A stretch of 63,865 nt of DNA, filler included, from Ministeria vibrans ATCC 50519 (lineage: Eukaryota; Protista; Filasterea): NCBI GenBank assembly GCA_943704425.1. It is 9 parts of 9 records of this genome, joined end to end, with 100 filler letters (N's around TTAATTAATTAA, not from the genome) between each part and the next. Parts side by side here need not be neighbours in the genome. Positions count along the whole stretch, not along the records: positions 51,091 to 54,682 come from CALSCP010001600.1; positions 54,783 to 57,697 come from CALSCP010000954.1; positions 57,798 to 60,857 come from CALSCP010000995.1; positions 60,958 to 62,379 come from CALSCP010001396.1; 5 more parts are not named here. The stretch is one strand, 5' to 3'. The notes below the pieces were generated by a model. The model worked only from the letters and a program-made list of their open reading frames with translations. It had not been told where the DNA came from and ran no database searches. Both the position numbers and the translations under genes were made by a program. Each line of letters starts with the position of its first letter. The stretch's first letter is position 1. This document shows, in pieces, positions 51,246 to 61,813 of the stretch.

Positions 51246-52342
51246 GAACAGACGATGGCCGCTTTACAATAAGATACGACAAGGGCTCGGTCTGTCTTTC
51301 TAAGTACGCGGAATGGGACGACTGTACACATGACAAGGAAATCGAAGTGCGCCTCGACATTGACGACCGATTCGCCACCACTGCACAGTTTCTCTGCGAC
51401 ATCGCCGTTCTCTACGTCCGGACGTCGACGTTTACGACTACAACGACTACAACGAACACAATGATCGCAGACGACAGGAGTGAGAAGAGCGAGAAGAGCG
51501 ACGACGAGAGACCCGCCGTCAAGCGACAGAAACTCGAACGGGAGCTTTCACAGTCCGTCTTGCCGCCATCGACCTGTCTGCCCCCGTCTTCTTCACACTC
51601 ACGAGACTCTTTTGCTCGTGATCCTGTCGACTCCACGCCACCAGCTCACATTGCTCGTTCTGTCGCTGTGGATGCTCACATCAAAACCGGCGCGACGACC
51701 TCCACTTCCACCCTCCCTCCTCGCCGGTCTGCCCGCAAAATTCTCTCGCGCAAAGTCAAAAGCGTTTCTACTCCACACACACCGTACACCCCACCCGTAC
51801 CACCGGCCGCCCGTGATGCTCTTCCTCCCTTGTCTTCTGCTCCACCCACACCACCCACACCATCCACCGCCCGCAAACCTCTTCCTTACTTGTCCTCTGC
51901 TCCACCCACATCAACCGCACCATCCACCACTTGCAAGCCTCCGTCTCCCTTGTCCTCTGCCCCACCCACATCACCCATACCATCCGCCACTTGCAAGCCT
52001 CTGTCTCCTGCTCCACCCACACCATCCGCCGCTCGTAAGCCTCCGTTTCCCACCTACATTGTCCCACCCACATCAACCGCACCATCCGTCGCGCGCAAAC
52101 CCCCGTGTTCTTCCTCCCCTGCTCCCCCCACATCACCACCCGCATCAACCGCCCGCGAACGTCTGTCTCCCTCCTCCCCGACATCCTCTCCCCTGTCCTC
52201 TCCCTCTCTTTCTCAGACAGAAGATGTTGTGGAAATAGGCTCGGCCCTGGACGATGGGGTGCGTCGATTACCGCCCAGCTTCTTTACCGACGAGCATCTT
52301 CTTCGTGGAAGCGAGGATCACGAGGATCACAAAGGTGCTTGA
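51242..52342 (+). CDS. Subtelomeric intronless ORF with Pro/Ser/Thr-rich ~20-aa repeats (first in-frame ATG at 51461)
   Basis: Frame open from the telomere junction; degenerate repeats SSAPPTSxxPSxARKP at ~51830-52170; basic NLS-like PAVKRQK. Confidence 0.55.
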   Translation, partial: LRTDDGRFTIRYDKGSVCLSKYAEWDDCTHDKEIEVRLDIDDRFATTAQFLCDIAVLYVRTSTFTTTTTTTNTMIADDRSEKSEKSDDERPAVKRQKLERELSQSVLPPSTCLPPSSSHSRDSFARDPVDSTPPAHIARSVAVDAHIKTGATTSTSTLPPRRSARKILSRKVKSVSTPHTPYTPPVPPAARDALPPLSSAPPTPPTPSTARKPLPYLSSAPPTSTAPSTTCKPPSPLSSAPPTSPIPSATCKPLSPAPPTPSAARKPPFPTYIVPPTSTAPSVARKPPCSSSPAPPTSPPASTARERLSPSSPTSSPLSSPSLSQTEDVVEIGSALDDGVRRLPPSFFTDEHLLRGSEDHEDHKGA

Positions 52343-52385
52343 CAGAACTGATAACAAGTTCAGTAACAAAGATGTGTTAAGGTAT

Positions 52386-52775
52386 TTATTGGTCGTTCTC
52401 ATCGTGGTCGTCATCATCGTCACACGGGAGTGACCTCTTGATCGCATCCACTTGGTCTCGGAGCTGTACTTCAACGTCCTCGTAACTTTTACCGCGTGCT
52501 TCACAGGTGGTTGTCACCAATTCTTCAAAGGCCTCGCGAGCATCAGACAAGCCCTCTCCATCTCCACCTCCCTCTATTTCACATTCGACGACTGCCAAGG
52601 CATGCAGTGTTTCATCACGCTGAGATGGCCCTGTCACAGGGTCTCCGTCCGTCTGCATGTCGTATCCGCAATCCTCGTAGTCGCATTTCTCGTAAGGCCA
52701 AGTCAGACGGTGTCCATTATGACAATACTGAGTGTCTTCTTCTTCGCTACCGTCGGAGTCGCTCATGTTCTGCAA
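52386..52775 (-). CDS. Small acidic hypothetical protein with a CxxxH...CxxxxC motif
   Basis: ORF MSDSDGSEEEDTQYCHNGH..CDYEDCG; preceded by a pyrimidine-tract/AG acceptor-like sequence. Confidence 0.45.
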   Translation of the reverse strand: MQNMSDSDGSEEEDTQYCHNGHRLTWPYEKCDYEDCGYDMQTDGDPVTGPSQRDETLHALAVVECEIEGGGDGEGLSDAREAFEELVTTTCEARGKSYEDVEVQLRDQVDAIKRSLPCDDDDDHDENDQ

Positions 52776-53811
52776 CTAAGCAAAAAGAGAAAAATTCAGC
52801 GACTTCTCCACCCCGTCTTTTCCACCACCTTCACCCAACCATTGTCCCCAAACCCTGACAGCACACGGCACGCGGAAATACGCCCGGGATTTCGTTTGCG
52901 AGCAATGTTTACGTTGTGTTCGCTTATTTTTTCTTTGCCACGAGGCCTTAGATCCCGCCTCTCCGCCAGCCCGCCGACCCCCGCAAACGGACACACACAA
53001 CCCCCTGATGCATTTGTGACTTACTGTAGCGGTCGTAGAGTTGTAGAATTTTGGTGGGTAGCAAAAGTTGAGAAAAAAAGTGAGGCAGATTTCATGGTTT
53101 ATCGATGGTCTTTCTTTATCCAACACATTGCAACTATTCAACTGAACCTCCGTGATGTTTATAATTTATTCCTGTTCACTTTATTTTGCTCTTTTATCAA
53201 GTAAGTCGATATTTCTGCTTGGGTTGGGTTGTAGAGTTGTGCTGGATAGCATGGGTTGTGGTTCTGGGGTTATTCATTTCTTTTGAGGGCTTACCTTCGC
53301 GAACATTTGCCAACAACTGCTTTCCGCGGTATGCCGTGTTGTACAGATGGTGTAGTGTGGTTATGTGGCACCGCTGGTGTAGACGGCGATGTGTGATAGG
53401 TTTGGAATTTTGCGTGGCGCGCGTTCTCGCTTATTTTTGCATTTCGTTTTCGCGTTTTTTTTGAGTTCCTCTTGCCACTGCTTTCCGAGGTATGCCGATT
53501 GCGGTAATGGTATATTTTGATTATGGAACACCACTGGTGCAAACAGCGATGGGCAACAGACGTTGAACTTTGCGTGGTGGGTATTCATTTTACTTAGAAA
53601 AATGAATGAAATTAATTGTTCTTTGTCTTGCTAATCGGTTTGTGCAGTTGGCGTTGGGCTTGTTCCGGCACGCGCCTGCCTTGTGCTGGCAGAGCCTTAT
53701 TTCCCTCGGGGATATCCCGTTACCCATCTGGTGCCTTTCGCGTCACTTGCCTGACCAACAGCCCACTCCCTGTGCGGCTAAATTTGTTCTTCTTGTTTTC
53801 TTTTCATAGAG

Positions 53812-54474
53812 ATGGCCACCCACGAAAAAGATGAGGTTTACCTCTTTTTGGACGACTCCAATCTCTGGTTAGAAGGACAGAAGCTCAAGCAGGGTGCCGG
53901 CAAACAAGACCCGCGCTTCCGCATCGACCTTGGAGGGCTGTGTTCCTTTGTCACACGCACGGACGACCCCGCGCACCACGACCACCTGCAGCAGGCGTAC
54001 CTCTTCGGCTCTCGCCCCCCACAGAACGACGGCGTCTGGAGGGCCGCAAAGAAAAACAATTTCATCCTTGAAATTTTCCCCAAGAAACACGGACGCGAAA
54101 AACAGGTCGATACTGCCCTAAGTGCGCGGGTTGTTGAGGAAGCAATGAGGCTACACTTTGACTCAACCATCGCTGGCAAACTTGCGCGTTCCGTCTTTGT
54201 CATCATCAGTGGTGACGCCGACATGCTTCCTCCCATTCAGACAGCCATTAGGCGAGGTGTCCGCGTTCGCGTGTTGGCGTTTGACTCCAGTCTCTCCACA
54301 GAGCTGCGCCAATACGAGCACGTCAACTACAGCGTCCGCTGCATCGACGACGACGTCGACTCATTCTCCTTCACAGCCTTCATGTCAACGATGCGCCTAC
54401 CAGCCGACAAGGGTGGCGACTTCGATTTGTGTTTTCGCAGAAGGCGGCACAATGAGAACTTAGAAAAGCAGTGA
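53812..54474 (+). CDS. NYN-domain (LabA/DUF88, PIN-like) predicted ribonuclease
   Basis: YLFLDDSN, LFGSRPP, REKQVDTAL, IISGDADMLP: conserved acidic metal-binding residues present. Confidence 0.85.
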   Translation: MATHEKDEVYLFLDDSNLWLEGQKLKQGAGKQDPRFRIDLGGLCSFVTRTDDPAHHDHLQQAYLFGSRPPQNDGVWRAAKKNNFILEIFPKKHGREKQVDTALSARVVEEAMRLHFDSTIAGKLARSVFVIISGDADMLPPIQTAIRRGVRVRVLAFDSSLSTELRQYEHVNYSVRCIDDDVDSFSFTAFMSTMRLPADKGGDFDLCFRRRRHNENLEKQ

Positions 54475-54851
54475 GTAGGAGATGATCGTACCAGGCCTCA
54501 TTCGCCGAGATCACTTCAATAATTCAATTCATTGCTCTCGCCCCCGCCATGACCGACGTCTTCAAGGTCGCCCCAGCTACAAACACTGTCAAACAGAGAA
54601 CGCCTGAGAGCCACTCCTGTCGACTAGCCAGGCCCATGAGCAACCGTGTGCGAGAGAGAGAGTGAGAGAGAATGAGTGAGAANNNNNNNNNNNNNNNNNN
54701 NNNNNNNNNNNNNNNNNNNNNNNNNNTTAATTAATTAANNNNNNNNNNNNNNNNNNNNNNNNNNNNNNNNNNNNNNNNNNNNCCCCCCCCCAAATGTCAA
54801 TGTTATCCACAATAATAATAATGTACACTGTTCCTTTTTGTTTCTCTCCGC

Positions 54852-56237
54852 TCATGTGACTTTTGACTTTGGCGGCACTAGGGCAGTCAGGAAAAGAAGA
54901 ACGAGCGGAGCAACGTGACCGAGGTAGTAGAGACGATGCCAGACGAGAAGAGACTCGTGTAGAGTCAGAATTAGGAAGGCAGTGCCGAGGTAGTTGATTT
55001 GCAGAGCGGTCAGAAGTGTGTGGGTGAGTTGGAGCGCCGTGTGGAGGGCCCTGTGGCCTGTAGAGCGCAGCCGCTGCTCGATGCGGAAGAGAGCACGGCT
55101 GGCGTGAACGGCAAGGGCTGAGGAGGCAAAGAAGAGGCCGTAGCCGGCATAGAGGCCGTGCCAGATGCCACTGACGAGCTGTGTTACGAGCAGTGTGACA
55201 AAGGTTGGACGCTCTCCGTCGCGCGTGAGTCGCTCGTAGACATAATGCCGTAGCCATATTCCCGTGTTGGTGTTCCAAACGAGAGGCAGACGCGCCATGG
55301 AAGAGCACAGTTCGACACTGAACGGCTCCACGTTGCAGGAGCGCTTCCAGTTGTGCGAGTGGGTTCCGTCAACCATCGTGAGGCGTTGAAAAGAGAAGCC
55401 CGACAGGCAGTTGGCTGCTTCGCTGATCTTCCAGGCAAAGTAGAATTGGCTACGAAAGGCAATCATGGAGCCCCAGGCCCAGAGAAGACGCCGGCCCAGC
55501 GACCATCCGAGCGATTCGGCAGAGTACAGCAGTGTCGCATTGAAGAGCGGTCCAAAGTACAGGTGCAGGGCGACACCAACAAGTGCCACAACAAGAGCGC
55601 GAAGTCCTTGCGTCAGGCGCACGCCAAGGCTCGACATGGCCCGTTGGCCGGGCGCGCTGGCCCAGTCGCCGGTGGCAGAGCACCAATCCAAGTAGTCAGA
55701 AAAGTGACAAAAGGGACCGACGAGAACGGATGTTGGCTGGAACACGTAGCCCAGCGTGGCCAGCAGCGATGGTGAGCGAACGCAGTGGGCGCGACGGAAC
55801 GGCGACAGTTGCGTGTCATCTTGCGTTCCGTCGTGCACGTCAAACGCCATCGCGCACAGTTTGGACGTGACGACCATCAAGGAACCAGTCATGTCGACAC
55901 TGCCCTCGCGCCACGACGCCCCACTGGCTGCCAAAACGTGCACTGCAATGAGGATGCCCATTGCGCCGAAATTGACAATGAGGTGTGGAGAGAGAGCGGA
56001 CGGAAAAACACGCAAGACAAGCCAAGAGAGAACGGTGCTTGCCAGGATATACGCCATTGAGGTGCCATATGCCATAAATGTCAGCGCCACGCCTGCAGTG
56101 ACACTGAACACATGGCGAGGCACGCCGGTGGGCATGAAGCCGTGGACGAGTCCGGCCACCAGTGAGCTGAGCAGTGCAGCGACATAGGCAGCAAGTGCCT
56201 CCGAAACCCCAATGGTGCTTGCAATCAACTCGATCAT
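54852..56237 (-). CDS. MBOAT lysophospholipid acyltransferase (LPCAT/LPLAT type), single exon
   Basis: GSLMVVTSKL, VLVGPF, FYFAWKISEAA, WNTNTGIWLRHYVYERL, SGIWHGLYAGY (catalytic His). Confidence 0.92.
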   Translation of the reverse strand: MIELIASTIGVSEALAAYVAALLSSLVAGLVHGFMPTGVPRHVFSVTAGVALTFMAYGTSMAYILASTVLSWLVLRVFPSALSPHLIVNFGAMGILIAVHVLAASGASWREGSVDMTGSLMVVTSKLCAMAFDVHDGTQDDTQLSPFRRAHCVRSPSLLATLGYVFQPTSVLVGPFCHFSDYLDWCSATGDWASAPGQRAMSSLGVRLTQGLRALVVALVGVALHLYFGPLFNATLLYSAESLGWSLGRRLLWAWGSMIAFRSQFYFAWKISEAANCLSGFSFQRLTMVDGTHSHNWKRSCNVEPFSVELCSSMARLPLVWNTNTGIWLRHYVYERLTRDGERPTFVTLLVTQLVSGIWHGLYAGYGLFFASSALAVHASRALFRIEQRLRSTGHRALHTALQLTHTLLTALQINYLGTAFLILTLHESLLVWHRLYYLGHVAPLVLLFLTALVPPKSKVT

Positions 56238-56385
56238 TGCAGCAGCCTCGTACAAAGGCAATCTGCTGCAAACGGTTGAAAATAAATAGTTTGATTTGAC
56301 GTTATTTTTTGTCTTTTGACTGACTTTGAGTCTTTGATCGTTGAAGATTGTGAAGGGTGAATTTTCGACCAATATTATTTTCCCA

Positions 56386-56852
56386 ATGACTCGAGAACAA
56401 CTGACGCTGCTGGTCTCTTTGGCACTGCTGAATGTTGTAAATACAACGTCGTTCAGTGTGCTGGCCCCCTTTTTCCCAGACGTTGCTCATGCGAGAGGAT
56501 TGAGCGGAACGCAAGTTCGAGTTTGATCAGCTTCTTAATTATCAACTCACTTCCTCGTCCCTTCGCCCTCTGCAGATTGGCCTCATCTTCTCGAGCTTTC
56601 CCCTCATCTCGGTGATAATCTCTCCTATTGTTGGGCGCTACGTGCTACGCTTTGGGCCCCAAGTGATACTCTACGCCGGTAAACTGTGAAAATTCATAAA
56701 ATAGCGTCACTCATCCCATTTGCTTCAGGCGACACGATCACGGGCATTGCGACGCTTCTCTTTGCATTTGTCTACAAGGTTCCTGGTATGTTTATTGCTT
56801 TGTGGTTGTGTGTGTGTGTATTTGTGGTTGTGTGTCTCTCTCAACTACGTTT

Positions 56853-56898
<46 letters not shown>

Positions 56899-57575
56899 TC
56901 TTTGATCTTTCTCTCTCTCTCTTTATCTCACTCTCTCTCTCTCTCTCTTTCTCTCTCACACTTACTCGCTCACTCTCTCACTCTCTTTCTCTCTCCCACT
57001 TGCTCTCTCATCATCTCTTTGACTCTTTCGTGTGCTCCAACTTATAGACAGTGCCTTCTTGCCTACATGTCTCGTCGTGCGCAGCATCCAAGGCTTCGGC
57101 GCGGCACTCGCAGACACTGCCAGCTTCTGTCTGGTTGGGTCATTCTTCCCCGAGCGCAAAGGCATGGTGATTGGTGTGCTGGAGACGGCAAACGCCATCG
57201 GGATGATCGCGGGAGCACCTCTGGGCGGCGCACTGTACGACGCAGGAGGGTTTAAACTGCCCTTTCTAGCCATTGGTCCTATTCAACTCTGCTTTGTGCC
57301 TCTGGTCGCATACCTGACGCGAAATCAAGCTTTACAGGCGCGTGACCTTACTCAAAATGGCTCGTCTAAATCTGTCGTCTCAGAGGTATCAACATGTGAC
57401 AGTGCCTTCATAGTACCTCCTGCTTCGTTTCTCATTCCCCTATACATAGATCCTCCGCGTTCCCCTCGTGTGGGTTCTTCTGCTTGCCACCTCAATGTCA
57501 CTAGCCGCACTCTCCTTCCTCGACCCCACACTTGGTCCCTTTGTACAATCCCGCTTTCCAATGTCCCCTGGAAAG
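56386..57575 (+). CDS. MFS transporter, SLC18B1-like, 3' end off contig
   Basis: SFSVLAPFFP..ARGLSGTQ|IGLIFS, RSIQGFGAA, GVLETANAIGMIAGAPLGGALYDAGGFKLPF, FLDPTLGP. Confidence 0.8.
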
Positions 57576-57653
57576 GTAGTAACTCCGTATAGACTCCGCC
57601 AAGTCACACTTAGACAGACACACACACTACAAAACCACAAATACACACACACA

Positions 57654-57697
<44 letters not shown>

Positions 57698-57797
57698 NNN
57701 NNNNNNNNNNNNNNNNNNNNNNNNNNNNNNNNNNNNNNNNNTTAATTAATTAANNNNNNNNNNNNNNNNNNNNNNNNNNNNNNNNNNNNNNNNNNNN

Positions 57798-57906
57798 AAG
57801 AAACAAAGTGATAGAGAGAGAGAGGAGAAAGAAACAAAGTGATAGAGAGAGAGGAGAAAGAAACAAAGTGATAGAGAGAGAGGAGAAAGAAACAAAGTGA
57901 TAGAGA
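57798..57906 (+). repeat. ~31-bp tandem satellite with AAACAAAGTGATAGAG core
   Basis: Direct observation. Confidence 0.85.
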
Positions 57907-58024
57907 AAAACAATGCGATAGCGAGAAACAATGTGAAGAGAGTATATGTGCTGGGTATGGGTTCCTCACTGGTTGACTCGTTTTAAACAAAGAAAAGAAA
58001 AAGAAAAGTGTGTATAATATTAGT

Positions 58025-59389
58025 TTAGTTTGCTGGCACTTGAGGAAGGCCAAACTCATCCACTCCCTACAAAGACACAATAAGATACGTGAGGGGAGAG
58101 CAAACGCAAGACAAAACACATGTAACGCACACAATTCAAACAAGTACGAGTGAGAAAGTAAGGGTGCGCGAGTGAGTGTGCGGAGTCTGTTTGAGAGAGT
58201 GTGGCTATATGACCAAGTGTGGCCTTTGTGTGTATGTACCTGTGGCTCGCCCGCGACCGGATCCGCCATTGGCACAGTTGGATCATACGAGGGCGCAGAA
58301 GGTGCGGCAGTAGCCTCGTCAAGATACGACAAATCCTAGTACACAATCATCACTATCAAGCCCAACATGTTCACATGAACTTACTCCGTCCATCTCCATC
58401 TCATCACCCAGCGCATCCAATTCTGCCTCCAAATCGCCCTCATCGACATCACCAATGCCATACGACTGCCCCAGTGACTCCTGGATGTCGTTGGCCATAT
58501 CCAACATGTCCGCCATTTCATCTTGAAGATTCTACAATACATTTCATCAGTGGGCGAACACACACAATTCTTCTTTCTGCTCGTGTACGTCAATTTTATC
58601 AAGACTCAACAGCTTGTTCTTCTTCAGCTCCTGTTTCATGCTTTTTACGCCATCCTACACACGCACATAGAGTTGAGGCACATCCCATTCGAGAAGAGGG
58701 AGAAGGACCCTCCAGAGCTCACCTGCATGGCGACAACGGTCGTCGCAGTGTCTTTGAGGGTCTGCGTTGCAAACTGCGCCTGCTCCATGTTGAAGCTCTG
58801 CTGCTGCAACTGGCCGTACTGCGTTTCGTACATCTTCTTCTGTTTCAGAACTTGAAGCGCCTTCTTCTTGATCAGGTTCTAGGCAACAGCGTCCCGAACG
58901 ACAGGCGGGAAAGTGTCAGTCGAACTTGAAACGGAAGAACGGAAGGAAAAAACTGTCGTTCTCTCTTTCTCTCTCTCTCTCCCGTCGAAAAAGCTAAACG
59001 TGTCAAGGTGATGGGTGGCGGGGAATGATGTGCACACGCTAGCACTGAACCATGTTGAACGTAGTCCAATGCAAAAACGCAACAGCGCAAAAACATAAAA
59101 AGTGTCGAGTGTGGTCGACAGAAGGGAATATCCCTTTGCGTCTCTCTCTCTCCCTCGCGCTCCTCTTGCGCCCTCCCTTCCACACACGCCCCCCCACGCC
59201 CCCGCTCGGCAATACCTTCCCGGGGCCCTCCCTCATCTTGCGCATCTGGTCGCGGTATTTGCGCAGATCATCGTCCAGTTTGTCCATCTTCTTCTTGATC
59301 GACTCTGCTCGACTGTCCACGGTGCCCATGGCGTCCGCCATGGTCGGTGCAGGTGTTTTGGGTTTCGACGCTCCAAATAATCGGTTCAT
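58025..59389 (-). CDS. CHMP5: ESCRT-III subunit Vps60/CHMP5, 6 exons
   Basis: [49 protein letters not shown]-terminal VDEFGLP. Confidence 0.95.
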
Positions 59390-59536
59390 TTTGAGAGTAG
59401 GAAAAGGTTTGAGAAAATATAAATAAAAACGAGACGAATCAATGAAATTCCGTTTGAAACGTCAAAGACTCAAAGTTCAAACAAAAAAATTAAAAAGAAT
59501 TGTTTATTGTTTTTCCTTTTTAATTGCTGCAGTTCA

Positions 59537-60746
59537 ATGCTTCGACGCCTTAGCTCATCTGGCCGCGACGACCACGGCAGGTAGGAAAAACACAAGAATT
59601 AATAACAAATTCAAACATTGAGTGTCTTTCAGCGATGCTCTTGCTCGCCTGGTCAACCACAAGATATCCTCGACAGAACGCTCAATGGACCATCTCCATG
59701 AGGATTTACTAGGAGTTTTACGCAAAGTAAGTTTGAGCACAAATTTAAAAAAAAAAAAAAAAACCGAAACACACTCAATTCATGTTGGTTTTTGTTTTCC
59801 TCTCTTCTCTCGGCTCGCGCTCGTCTTAATGCCCTGCAGACTGGCCGTGTGCGTGAAAAAAACGACGCCCTAGCCGAACGCCTTCGTACCATCTGTGAGA
59901 CGGAGTCGCCCAGTGTGCGCGGAGCACTGTCGGCTGTGTCGTTGGTACGTGACACATTTTGAAACAGATTGACAGCCCGTCATGATGTGCCCACGCCTTC
60001 TTCCTCCCACACCGCCACAGGCCATTTACGAGCTGCAAGATCACCGTCAGGCGATGATTGAACGCGTCGAAGAGCAGGTGCTTCAAGTAAGGAGTTCATG
60101 TTCGTTGCGAGGGGCAACTCATTCAACCATGATGTGTTTGTAGCCTTTGAAGCTGTACGATCAACATTGCAAGCACTTGCGCACGGAACTGAAAAGTCGA
60201 GAACACATCAAGGACAAGGAAGAGCACAAGAAGAAACAGTTGGAGAAGACACAGACGCGCGAAGCGACCAATCGACAGAAAATCGCATCGCTGCGTGTTG
60301 ATTTGGCGGGCGCGGAGACGGAATTGCATCATGCAAATAAGGTGATCAATGATCATAATGAGCATTGCTTTTGTTCTTATAATAATGTTTTTTTATAATT
60401 AACGTTTTGTCGTTCGATTTAGGCACTTCTGGACAATTTGGAGACGTTTGAGCAGCGAAAACTAAGCGATATGAAACAAGCGTGGCGCGAGTTTCTCTTA
60501 AGCGAAATGAACGTTGCGGCACGCACACTAGAGATATACACGCGGGCACTCAACGCAACCGAAGCAATCAACGAACACGAAGACATGACAGTAAGTGAGA
60601 GTAACAGACAGACATTGTGTGGCGCCCTCTCATCCTCTTCGTGTACGTCTGCTTAGGATCTACTTCAACAAGTTCGCGTTGCACTGGGTACTTCTGCTGC
60701 GCCTGCACCCACTGTGGTACAGACAGGCGCGCCACTTCCACAATAA
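59537..60746 (+). CDS. CIBAR1: FAM92/CIBAR BAR-domain ciliary protein, 7 exons
   Basis: Spliced: RK|TGRVREKND, ETESPSV, LQDHRQAMIERVEEQVLQ|PLKLY, FEQRKLSDMK, EMNVAARTLEIYT match the remembered FAM92 pattern. Confidence 0.75.
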
Positions 60747-60785
60747 ACCCAATGTAAAACAAAACAAAACACTTTCATAGAGGTA

Positions 60786-60848
<63 letters not shown>

Positions 60849-60957
60849 ACATTCAAANNNNNNNNNNNNNNNNNNNNNNNNNNNNNNNNNNNNNNNNNNN
60901 NTTAATTAATTAANNNNNNNNNNNNNNNNNNNNNNNNNNNNNNNNNNNNNNNNNNNN

Positions 60958-61075
60958 ACAAAGTGATAGAGAGAAACAAAGTGATAGAGAGAAACAAAGT
61001 GATAGAGAGAAACAAAGTGATAGAGAGAAACAAAGTGATAGAGAGAAACAAAGTGATAGAGAGAAACAAAGTGGT
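60958..61075 (+). repeat. 18-bp tandem satellite (ACAAAGTGATAGAGAGAA)n in an FATP intron
   Basis: About 6 perfect copies. Confidence 0.92.
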
Positions 61076-61129
61076 AAAGAGCAAAGACAAATGAGCAAGG
61101 AGGGCAAGTGCGGCCGGTGGACGTCGCAC

Positions 61130-61656
61130 CTTGGCGGCACCCAGCCAGACGGCAATGTACTCGGGACGGTTCTCCATCAGCAGCGCCACAATGTCGCCCG
61201 AGACAACCCCCTCGTCCAACAGCCAGTTGGCCACGCGGTTGCTCGCATTGTCCAGGTCGCGAAAGGTCCACTCGGCGCCCTAAAGAAGGGCGGCAGGAAG
61301 GCAGTTGAGGCGCACAACGCTCGACATGTTCAACACACCTCAAACACAACGCACGACTTGTCCGGATGACGCTCGACGGTCTCCGTAAACACATCCACGA
61401 CCGTCTTTCCGCTCGCCTTCATGCGCCACATCGTGTACTTCGCCCGCACAAGGAACATGAGCGCGCTAAGGGGGCGCAGAGGAGCGCGCGGAGGGCGGGA
61501 GGCGGGGGGGAAGGAGGAGAGGGATGAGTTTCATTGTGGGGGGTGTTCAGACAGATTGTACCGATGATCGCGACCAATCGTCTGCTTCCATAGCGACAGT
61601 GTGTGGAAGAGAACGGAGAAGAATGCCCAGATGCGTATCGCAATGTAGGCAATCAT
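61130..61656 (-). CDS. Fatty acid transport protein / very-long-chain acyl-CoA synthetase (SLC27), 5' part
   Basis: TVVDVFTETVERHPDK, WTFRDLDNASNRVANW, GDIVALLMENRPEYIAVWLGAAK. Confidence 0.85.
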
Positions 61657-61813
61657 GTTTTTTCTTGTAGAATTTAGTGGTTTGACAATTGATTTATTCG
61701 ATCAATCATCAGTCATATTTATCTGTCTGTCTCAGTGTAGAAGGCAAGGGCTTGGGTTGGGCATCAAGGGTCGGTTCTAAGAAGTTGCATTGGTCTGTGT
61801 GATTGTGTAGACG

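Noticed and set aside
52452-53204. 250-aa plus-strand ORF
   Set aside because: Non-ATG start, overlaps a more protein-like minus-strand ORF, no motifs
60958-61075. CRISPR-like array or tet-operator similarity (TCTCTATCACT half-site)
   Set aside because: Head-to-tail repeats with no unique spacers, no cas genes, eukaryotic intron; only a half-site match with no palindrome
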